DNA of 64,000 nt from assembly GCA_040751795.1 (NCBI GenBank), contig JBFMHR010000005.1:212141-276140 (forward strand), written 5' to 3'. This DNA comes from Thermoplasmatota archaeon. GTDB lineage: Archaea > Thermoplasmatota > Thermoplasmata > UBA10834. The position numbers and the translations under genes were made by a program. How positions within the stretch are numbered: position 1 is the stretch's first letter; every line of letters begins with the position of its first letter. Shown piece after piece: positions 8,900-16,722 of this stretch. The notes under the pieces are model-generated. The model did not search any database and was not told the origin of the DNA. It saw only the letters and a list, made by a program, of their open reading frames with translations.

Positions 8900-10929
8900 T
8901 GATCCGCCGCAGGGCGATGGTCGTGATCGCCCTGTCCGTGACCATCTTCACGGCGACGACCTCGGTGCTGGCCGGCCTGTACAACGCCCCCGCCGCCTTC
9001 GCGGCAGGCGAGGGGTATGTCATCGCGTCGGTCGAGGCGCCGACCATCTTCTCGAGCAAGGTGGACATGGAGATGGCCTTCGCCCTCGAGCAGATGGAGC
9101 AGGTCACGGGCGTCAGCCCGGAGGTGTTCGCCTTCTCCTCCTGGGGCGGGGAGTCGTTCGTGGTCAGGGGCGTGGACTTCGACAGGCTCGCGTCCGTCGG
9201 GCCGGTGCTGGACACCGAGATGGCCGGGGACGCCGGGTCCGTCGGGCACGGCCTCCTCGGCGAGAGGCTCGCGGGGAGGCTCGGCCTGTCCCTCCCCTGC
9301 ACCGTCCCACTGGCCGGGAGCTACTCGACGAGGATAGAGGTCGTCCCGGTCGTCGGCACGTTCTCATCGGGCTCGTCCCTGGACGACGAGATGCTCGTGG
9401 ACGTGGACATCGCGCGCCGCCTCTCGGGCATGCATCCCGGCGAGGCCTCGGTGATCCGCGTGGCGACCTCGGAGCCCGAGTGGCTCGATTCGCTCCTCAC
9501 CCCCTCGTCCGCGAGGTTCACCCTGTTCAACATGTCCATCTCCAAGTCGAGGGTGGGCCCGGACGAGGAGTGCACCATAGGCGTCACGGCGCTGAACTGG
9601 GGCGGCTCGAACAGCTCTGCGACGGTGACTTTCGCGGACGACGGGGCCGATTTTGACCAGATCCACATAGACCTCGACGCCTCCAGCATGGCGGACGTCC
9701 AGGCCGTCTTCGCGAGCGCCTCGGTCGGGGGGCACAACATCACCATCAGCATCGGGGGCGATTCCCCTGTGACCATGTGGACGGAGGTGGAGGTCGTCGG
9801 TCCGTACCTCGTATCGTCCTTCGGATCCTCGCTTCTCATGGGCTCTCCCCTGGTCGTGCGCGTGGCGACCTACCAGGGCGCCCCGGCCCCCGGGGTCCAG
9901 GTCACGCTGGCCGATTCGGTCCCATCGTCGAACACCACGGACGCGACCGGCGCGTGCACCATCCTGGCGGACGAGGCCGGGACGTTCCAGGTCACCTTCG
10001 ACACGGACGGGACGGCGTTCGCGGGCATGGACTTCCAGGGCCCCGACGAAGTCGAGGTCCTCGATCCCGCGTCCTTCTCGCCGGAGTTCCTGCCGGAGGT
10101 CACATCGCTGTCGATCTCGCCGAGCTCGGTCAAGGAGGGGGAGTCCGCTGTCGCGATGGTCACGGTCGAGAACGCCGGCCTGGTCGCCGGGACGGCGACG
10201 GTCCTGCTGGCCGTGGACTCGGTCCCCTACGCCACGGTCGAGGTCCCCCTCGGCTCCGCTGGCCGTGCGGCCAAGTCCATCCCCCTAGGATCCCTTTCGC
10301 CCGGTTCCTACGTGGTCCAGGCGGGGGACCTGACGGCGGTCCTGGAGGTGAAGCCCTGGTACTCCGAGGACCCCGACTTCATCGAGCTCGTCGTGAGGTA
10401 CGGCGACTCCATCTCGGTGTCGTCGTCCGGGTCCGTCCTCGTCTACCAGGCTGCGAAGATCTCCGAGGGGAACGTCTCGCTGGCCCTCACCTCGCTGGGC
10501 GTGGTGGCGGCGCTCCTGGCGACGCTGGCCATAGTGTCCGCCTTCTCCAAGGAGCTCCACGACGGCAGGAAGAAGCTCGGCATAATGAGGGCGCTCGGCG
10601 CGTCCAGGGAGAAGGTCCGCGCGATGGCCTTCAGGCAGGCGCTCGTCGCCTCGCTCGCGGGCTCCGCGGCCGGCGTCGGCGCGGGGATGCTGGTCTCGAT
10701 GTGGCTCGTGAGCTCCGGGGCCTTCTCGGTCGTTGGGCACGTCCTCGAGTTCGGCGTGGACCTGGGCCTGGTGGTCCTCACGCTGGCGGGGGTCGTGGCG
10801 ATAAGCCTCGTGAGCGCGGTCGCGTCGGCCGAGTTCGCGGTCCGCGAGAGCGCCATGTCGTCGATAAGGGACCTCCCCGAGGAGGAGGCCCCGGAGCAGG
10901 ACCCGGACCTTCCGCCCGAAGGGCCCTGA
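8899..10929 (+). CDS. FtsX-like permease with a large extracellular region containing CARDB/Ig-like domains
   Basis: Starts MIRRRAM overlapping the upstream TGA; VTVENAGLVAGTATVLLAVD CARDB-like segment; RKKLGIMRALGASREKV FtsX motif. Confidence 0.85.
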   Translation: MIRRRAMVVIALSVTIFTATTSVLAGLYNAPAAFAAGEGYVIASVEAPTIFSSKVDMEMAFALEQMEQVTGVSPEVFAFSSWGGESFVVRGVDFDRLASVGPVLDTEMAGDAGSVGHGLLGERLAGRLGLSLPCTVPLAGSYSTRIEVVPVVGTFSSGSSLDDEMLVDVDIARRLSGMHPGEASVIRVATSEPEWLDSLLTPSSARFTLFNMSISKSRVGPDEECTIGVTALNWGGSNSSATVTFADDGADFDQIHIDLDASSMADVQAVFASASVGGHNITISIGGDSPVTMWTEVEVVGPYLVSSFGSSLLMGSPLVVRVATYQGAPAPGVQVTLADSVPSSNTTDATGACTILADEAGTFQVTFDTDGTAFAGMDFQGPDEVEVLDPASFSPEFLPEVTSLSISPSSVKEGESAVAMVTVENAGLVAGTATVLLAVDSVPYATVEVPLGSAGRAAKSIPLGSLSPGSYVVQAGDLTAVLEVKPWYSEDPDFIELVVRYGDSISVSSSGSVLVYQAAKISEGNVSLALTSLGVVAALLATLAIVSAFSKELHDGRKKLGIMRALGASREKVRAMAFRQALVASLAGSAAGVGAGMLVSMWLVSSGAFSVVGHVLEFGVDLGLVVLTLAGVVAISLVSAVASAEFAVRESAMSSIRDLPEEEAPEQDPDLPPEGP

Positions 10930-10932
10930 GCC

Positions 10933-11802
10933 TCACTCGACGACGCTGAGCCAGACATGGAGGTTGCCGTAGAGGTACTGCGCCTGCCCCTCCTCGCGGA
11001 TGTAGAGGTCGAAGTCGAACCTCCAGACCCCGGGCTGGTCCAGCGCGAAGGTGACGTTGACGAACCGTGTGTCGCCCTCGTCCATGGAGAAGTTGTACCA
11101 CCTGGTGCCCCAGTGCGTGTCGTTCCAGCAGTATGCGGCCATTGAGAAGTCCCTGGGCCCGTCCTCGCCGTTGTGCATCTCGACCGTCAGGGTGATGTTG
11201 GACCCGAGGGCGCGGGTGCTGTTGATCTTCGCGCTCCCGTCCTCGGTCATGGCGAAGTAGGTCCTGGACGGGTACTCCGCCGTGATGATGAGCGCCAGGC
11301 ACACGCCCGAGACCACGAGCGCGGTGCCGACCATCGCGGCGACGACCTTGTCGAACTTGAAGGGCTCGATCTCCTCGTCCCTGGCCGCGGCCTTCCCCTT
11401 CTCCACCGGCTCCGGCTTCGCCGTCCGCGCCTTGAGCGTCTCCACGGCGACCGCCGCGAGGGAGAACACTATGAGCGACGCCCTCGTCGTGTTGGAGTCC
11501 AGGCCGATGGGGGTGAGCACGAGGAACAGGCCCAGGAATATGATGACCAGGATGCTTATGCCGAGGCTAAGGACGAACCTCGCCTCGAGGCCGGTGCCCT
11601 TCCAGAAGAAGAGCCTGACGACCGCGAATCCGGGCACGAAGAACATGTAGGGGAGCCCGAGGGCGAACGCCGCGGCGGTACCTGGCAGCGCCACGAGCAC
11701 CGCTGTCGCGACCACGGAGAAGAGGGCTATCGCGAGCCTCTGGCCGTCGTCGGTCTCGAGGAACCCGATGGTCCTTCCGAGCGCGTCCGATCCGTCTCCC
11801 AA
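10933..11802 (-). CDS. DUF1616-family archaeal membrane protein
   Basis: LGLPYMFFVPGFAVVRLFF...LEARFVLSLGISI...LTPIGL; C-terminal Ig-like domain ending LHVWLSV. Confidence 0.8.
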   Translation of the reverse strand: MGDGSDALGRTIGFLETDDGQRLAIALFSVVATAVLVALPGTAAAFALGLPYMFFVPGFAVVRLFFWKGTGLEARFVLSLGISILVIIFLGLFLVLTPIGLDSNTTRASLIVFSLAAVAVETLKARTAKPEPVEKGKAAARDEEIEPFKFDKVVAAMVGTALVVSGVCLALIITAEYPSRTYFAMTEDGSAKINSTRALGSNITLTVEMHNGEDGPRDFSMAAYCWNDTHWGTRWYNFSMDEGDTRFVNVTFALDQPGVWRFDFDLYIREEGQAQYLYGNLHVWLSVVE

Positions 11803-11992
11803 GTGTGCTCAGACCTCGGCCTGCTGAAACGTGTAGGCCCATATATCTGTTTGCGGTGGTGCGCCAGTATGCGCGCTGCCCCGCGCCCCGCCGGCGCGCC
11901 CGGCCAGGCCAGTCGCATGTTGTGGGAACCTATATAAACGGCTATTCCAATAGTTGCCGACACTTGTATTACCCCCGGAGAGGTGGCTCAGT

Positions 11993-12802
11993 TTGGCTAA
12001 CGAGGTCGAGAAGGTCGCTTGCCCTGTCTGTGGCAAGATCGTCGGAGTGAACGTCTCATCGTGCCCGTACTGCGGCGCCGAGTTCGAAGCGGACGAGGAG
12101 GTGGAGGTGACGGGCAAGGCCGGATCGCCCGCCAACGCCGTCACCAGCGAGGAGGCCGAGGAGGTGGCCTGCCCGGTGTGCGGCACGCTCGTCGGGCTCG
12201 ACGTCATCGTCTGCCCCAAGTGCGGCGCCGAGTTCGAGGCGGAGGAGATCGAGGAGGTCATAGAGGTCGAGGAGAAGGCCACCTTCGAGGAGGAGCCCGA
12301 GCCCGCCCCGGCGAAGCCGAAGCGCGCGGAGTCTTCCAAGCCGAAGCCGAAGGCCAAGCCGGCCAGGGAGGAGCCCTCGGAGGGGTCGCCCGCCAGCATC
12401 CTGGACCTCAGGGTGCTCGGCCTCGCGCTCATCATGCTCGGAGTCGTCGGGACGCAGATCGCGCTCTTCGCGGACTGGTACTGGGAGTGGGTCCCGGCCA
12501 TCGAGGACAACATGGTCCTCTTCGTCGTCATCCCCGTCGTGATCCTCGTCGTTGGGCTGGCCGTGTTCATGGTGATGAAGAAGGCCGCGTCGGGAGGCAG
12601 GGACGTCTCGGGGATGGCCCCGGGGGCAGCCCTGGCCCTGTTCATGTTCGGCATCATCGCGCTGATCATAGTCGTCCTCTGGGACCCGGTCAACGCGGCG
12701 CTGAAGGACTCGCCCGCGACGGTCGCGGGCGGCTTCGCGGTCGCGCTCGTGCTCGGGATCGTGTTCATGGTCCTGGGGGCGAGGCGCGCGGCGTCCGCCT
12801 GA
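11993..12802 (+). CDS. Double zinc-ribbon protein with acidic linker and four C-terminal TM helices
   Basis: CPVCG..CPYCGAEFE and CPVCG..CPKCGAEFE; TTG start after GGAGAGGTGG; TATATAAA at about 11931. Confidence 0.8.
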   Translation: MANEVEKVACPVCGKIVGVNVSSCPYCGAEFEADEEVEVTGKAGSPANAVTSEEAEEVACPVCGTLVGLDVIVCPKCGAEFEAEEIEEVIEVEEKATFEEEPEPAPAKPKRAESSKPKPKAKPAREEPSEGSPASILDLRVLGLALIMLGVVGTQIALFADWYWEWVPAIEDNMVLFVVIPVVILVVGLAVFMVMKKAASGGRDVSGMAPGAALALFMFGIIALIIVVLWDPVNAALKDSPATVAGGFAVALVLGIVFMVLGARRAASA

Positions 12803-13234
12803 TGCCGCGGGCCCGGACAAACCCTCAAAACCCTTCAGGCGCGTCTTCCCGACAGGCAGCCGATACGAAATTCGTACTCCGACGTCCGAGTCCGCAATGT
12901 TTGATATACGATGGCGCCGTTGGAGGTTGGACACGGACGCGTGGCAGGCCTCGATTGGTGTGGTGGGGTTGGTGCCAAGGCGGTGTCGGGTGGGCGTGAT
13001 GGGCGCCCCTCGGTGCATTTTTCAGCGGCTCGGGGGGCGGCGGCCGCTTCCGGGGGCACGCGAGCTCGGTCCGGGGCCTGCCAGTGCTCATGTATTCCGG
13101 TGACCAAATAATTATGTACCATTATGTCCATATGTGTGGTGCCGAGCGGAAGGGATGGACCAGCCGGCGCCCGAGGGCGTCCCCGCACGTGTCTCTCCCC
13201 GAAGCGAGAGCTGGATGAATGGAGTGTGTGACCA

Positions 13235-13768
13235 ATGGAGAAGAAGATACTCACGATAATGGTGGCGCTGATAGTTGTCGCCGCCATCGTGGTCGCGTTC
13301 GTCATGATCGCGGCCGGAGGCATGAAGACGGCCGGGGGCTTCACGAGCCTCTTCAACGAGCTCGAGAACCCTAACCCCAGCGTGACCTATGGCGAGTACC
13401 TGGAGTTCCCCGACGACTGGGAGGCGCTAGACATCGTCACCGTCAGCGACACCATAGTCGACATGGACCCGAGGGGCGAGGAGCTCATCGGGGGCGTGAC
13501 CGTCTACACGGTCAGGCTGTACTTCGTCTACATCGACGACAAGTGGTCGGACCCCGACGAGGGCTCGCTGTTCTACGTGCCCACCACGGAGCACAGCAGC
13601 GGCTACTTCACGGTGAACCACGGGCTGTTCTGGCTGGACGTGTCGTCCCCCGAGAACATCGCGGCGCAGTACGACATAGGCGACGTCATAGAGCTCAAGA
13701 CGGCCCTGGATGCCAACGAGGACAACAGCAACACCCTGTCCTTCAGCAGTTGGCTCCTCGCGGACTAG
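13235..13768 (+). CDS. Hypothetical membrane-anchored acidic surface protein
   Basis: MEKK followed by a hydrophobic anchor and an acidic beta-rich ectodomain; typical codon usage. Confidence 0.8.
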   Translation: MEKKILTIMVALIVVAAIVVAFVMIAAGGMKTAGGFTSLFNELENPNPSVTYGEYLEFPDDWEALDIVTVSDTIVDMDPRGEELIGGVTVYTVRLYFVYIDDKWSDPDEGSLFYVPTTEHSSGYFTVNHGLFWLDVSSPENIAAQYDIGDVIELKTALDANEDNSNTLSFSSWLLAD

Positions 13769-13894
13769 GCGGCCGGACGTGCCCCGCCCCCCCCTTCAAA
13801 CCTCTTCCCCCTGTTCTCACCGCACCGACGGCCGCGAGGCCGGCCGTATTTCAAGCTACTGACCCCCCTCCCCGGAGGCCGAGGCCAGCAGGCG

Positions 13895-13909
13895 AAAGGG
13901 TATTATAAG
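13895..13909 (+). promoter_or_regulatory. BRE-TATA promoter of the 14074-18691 unit
   Basis: AAAGGGTATTATAAG. Confidence 0.6.
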
Positions 13910-14073
13910 CAGCTAAGCACTCTTCACCTCCGAGAGCAACCGCTAAGATGCCATGGGCTTAGCGTCGCTATATCGGGCTGACTGAACGAGAGTGCTTTTG
14001 GGGGAGTGAGGGAGTAGCGGCCCGCATGTAGGCACGCCTATCCCCCTCGTGCATCCGGTAAGGAGCAGGAGCG

Positions 14074-16722
14074 ATGGGCTCAAGCCGCCGCCAGGGCAAG
14101 GCGCAACCCCCCGCGCCCCCAGGTTCAAGGGGACTCACCAATGGCAATGCTCTTGCCGGCCCGCCGCGCGTGAGGGTCAAGGCCGTCCCGAACGGCCGCG
14201 TGAACGGCCTCACGAACGGGCGGAAGGACGGGATCACGAACGGCACCAGGCCCGCCGTCGCCAATGGCGCGCAGCGCCCGCGCAGCAGCGGGAGGACCAA
14301 CGGGCTCGTCAACGGCCTCGCCCGGGGCCTCACCAACGGCCGCACGAACGGCCTGACGAACGGGGTCCCCCAGGGGCAGAGCGCCCCGGGCCGCTCCCCC
14401 AGGCGCAGCGGCCGCATCAACGGCCTGGTCAACGGCCTCACCAACGGACTGACGAACGGCCTCACGAACGGGTTGACCAACGGCCTCACCAACGGGATGA
14501 CCAACGGCCGCGTCAACGGCAAGGGGGCCGTGAACGGCTTCAGGTTGTCCACGAGGTCCAGGCGGGTAGCCGACCGCCCCACGGGGGTCCGGAGGAAGAT
14601 GCTCCTCTTCGCCGCCGTGGTCGCCATCATCCTCTTCATACCCTACGCGCTGGTCCACACCTTCCCCCCCGACGAGGTCGAGGTCGACGGGTATTTCATG
14701 GACTGGACGGAGGCGACGGTCTACGAGGACACCCCGGACTCGGAGAACCCCGACGTGTCGCTCACGGCGTACGCCATGAAGGCGAGCCCGCGCGCGTCCT
14801 ACTTCTACATGGCCACCGAGGGCTCCATGATGAACGGCGCAGACGGGGGCGCCGACGGCTTCTACATATTCGTCGACCGCGACGGGGACACCGGCACTGG
14901 CTACCTGGTGAGGGGCCTCGGCGCGGACCACATGATCGCCGTCATCGGCTGGAACGGCTCAGCCGAGCTGGCGGCAAGCTACGTCTTCACCCAGACCGCG
15001 GAGCAGGACGACTACGGAGGGTTCAGGCAGTCATCGGACCCCATGGTTGCGTTCCGGGACGGAGAGATGGAGATCGGCACGGGCCTCATAACCGGCCCGG
15101 CCACCGAGGTCGCCATCGTCGCCCGCCACACGGACGTACCCGATGACTGGTCAGAGGTGAACTTTGCGTGCTCCGGCCCCGCGGTCCGGGTTTCTCAACA
15201 CTATGAGGCCCCCGAGGTGACGGCCGGGCTCACGGACGAGCTCATGCTGAGCATCGACTTCTCGGCCAAGGGCTCCGCCGTTGACCTCGAGGGCCTCAAC
15301 CTAAACCTCTTGGGGACCGCCACGGCCACGGACGTGAAGGCCGTGCGCGGTTCAGAGCTCCTCGGGACCAGCCACGACGGGATGGTGAACTTCTTCCGCC
15401 CCGTCCGGCTGGTCCCGGGCGCGCTCGTCAGGGTCTCCGTGCTCGCGTCCTTCGAAGAGGGCACGGAGGGGCGGTCGTTCGGGCTGAGCCTCGACGAGGA
15501 CGGCGGCCCGGTGTTCGCTGAGAACACCACCTTCTCCCTGACCTCCTACCAGGAGGGGGCCAGGATGACGTACGTCTCCGGCCGGCCAGCCGCCATAGCG
15601 ATCGACGGCGCGTTCGCGGACTGGGACTACACGGTCCCGGTCGAGGACGGGCTGGGCGACGTCGTCCTCGCCGGCACCGGCGTGGTCGACAACGCCGACG
15701 TGGACATCACGGAGGTGGCGTCATGGGCCGCCGAGTCCAGCGCCTATTTCTACATGTCCGTCGACGGGCGGATGCTCGGCGGAACGAACCTCCCCGGTTC
15801 GCTGGCCAGGTGGGCGGACGCCCCGGAGCCGGGCGGATCGATGCCCAACGCGACCGAGGAGGAGCACATGTTCGGCGCGGACTTCGCATACGTGTTCGTC
15901 GACCTGGACGACGACGAGGCCACAGGGTTCTGGATCGGGGGCGCGGAATCCGCGGTCATGGTCGCGGGCAAGGACGGCCGCCTGCTCCTCGCCAACGCCT
16001 ACCGCTACACCGACGGCTCGTGGTCCTTGGCCGGGCCGGTCGAGGCCGCCACCGACCGGGCCAGGATCGAGGTCCGCTCCTCGTTCGAGGACCTCGGGAT
16101 GGGTTCGGACAGGGCGTACAACGTGACGTTCGTGGCCCAGGACTGGCGCGGCTCGGAGGACGGCGTCGTCGCATCCCTCCCGGCGGGCGTGCTGTCGGGG
16201 TCGAGGACGTTCGGGGGGATCATCCTGAACGAGCTATACTCGACCAACCCCACGAAAGCGCTCGACTGGTTCGAGCTGTACAACACCTCCACCGTGTCGA
16301 TCGACATATCCGGCTGGACGCTGTACGTCGACGGCGTCTTGAAGTTCACCATCCCGGACGGCACCATCCTGGACTCCGGGGATTTCTATCTCTCACCGTT
16401 CCTCAGCTTCCTGAGGGGGACCTCCTACGTCATCTACGACGACTCCGACCCCCCGGTCCTGATAGACTCGGTGACCGTGCCCACATGGACCGTCAAGTCG
16501 TACGGCCGCATCGGGACGCCGGACGACGGCTACGGCACATGGGCGTGGATGACGCCCACTCCGGGGGAGATCAACATCGGCCAGACGCCGATCCCGGAGT
16601 TCGGGGACATACTAGTCCCGCTAGCGATAGTACCATTAGTCCTCTTCGCCATTAGGCGTACCCGAGGCGTACGCGGGAAGGAGCGAGGGGATTCAGAAGG
16701 GAAGTCCGATGGAAGTACCTGA
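14074..16722 (+). CDS. Surface protein: N-terminal xxNG repeats, TM, two CBM9/DOMON-like domains, lamin-tail domain, PEF-CTERM anchor
   Basis: LTNG repeats; RRK followed by a TM; duplicated VDGYFMDW..YFY..FVDRDGDTGTG and IDGAFADW..YFY..FVDLDDDEATG; IILNELY..DWFELYN..IDISGWTL..TPGEIN; IPEFGDILVPLAIVPLVLFAIRR. Confidence 0.85.
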   Translation: MGSSRRQGKAQPPAPPGSRGLTNGNALAGPPRVRVKAVPNGRVNGLTNGRKDGITNGTRPAVANGAQRPRSSGRTNGLVNGLARGLTNGRTNGLTNGVPQGQSAPGRSPRRSGRINGLVNGLTNGLTNGLTNGLTNGLTNGMTNGRVNGKGAVNGFRLSTRSRRVADRPTGVRRKMLLFAAVVAIILFIPYALVHTFPPDEVEVDGYFMDWTEATVYEDTPDSENPDVSLTAYAMKASPRASYFYMATEGSMMNGADGGADGFYIFVDRDGDTGTGYLVRGLGADHMIAVIGWNGSAELAASYVFTQTAEQDDYGGFRQSSDPMVAFRDGEMEIGTGLITGPATEVAIVARHTDVPDDWSEVNFACSGPAVRVSQHYEAPEVTAGLTDELMLSIDFSAKGSAVDLEGLNLNLLGTATATDVKAVRGSELLGTSHDGMVNFFRPVRLVPGALVRVSVLASFEEGTEGRSFGLSLDEDGGPVFAENTTFSLTSYQEGARMTYVSGRPAAIAIDGAFADWDYTVPVEDGLGDVVLAGTGVVDNADVDITEVASWAAESSAYFYMSVDGRMLGGTNLPGSLARWADAPEPGGSMPNATEEEHMFGADFAYVFVDLDDDEATGFWIGGAESAVMVAGKDGRLLLANAYRYTDGSWSLAGPVEAATDRARIEVRSSFEDLGMGSDRAYNVTFVAQDWRGSEDGVVASLPAGVLSGSRTFGGIILNELYSTNPTKALDWFELYNTSTVSIDISGWTLYVDGVLKFTIPDGTILDSGDFYLSPFLSFLRGTSYVIYDDSDPPVLIDSVTVPTWTVKSYGRIGTPDDGYGTWAWMTPTPGEINIGQTPIPEFGDILVPLAIVPLVLFAIRRTRGVRGKERGDSEGKSDGST
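14131..14538 (+). repeat. Coding tetrapeptide repeat (L/R/M/I)-(T/V)-N-G, about 21 NG units, with a tandem 12-bp array at about 14413-14520
   Basis: ctcaccaacgga ctgacgaacggc ctcacgaacggg ttgaccaacggc ctcaccaacggg atgaccaacggc; synonymous positions differ between units. Confidence 0.9.

Noticed and set aside
14413-14520. Tandem 12-bp repeat as a CRISPR array or VNTR
   Set aside because: No spacers, in-frame, synonymous divergence between units and no cas genes
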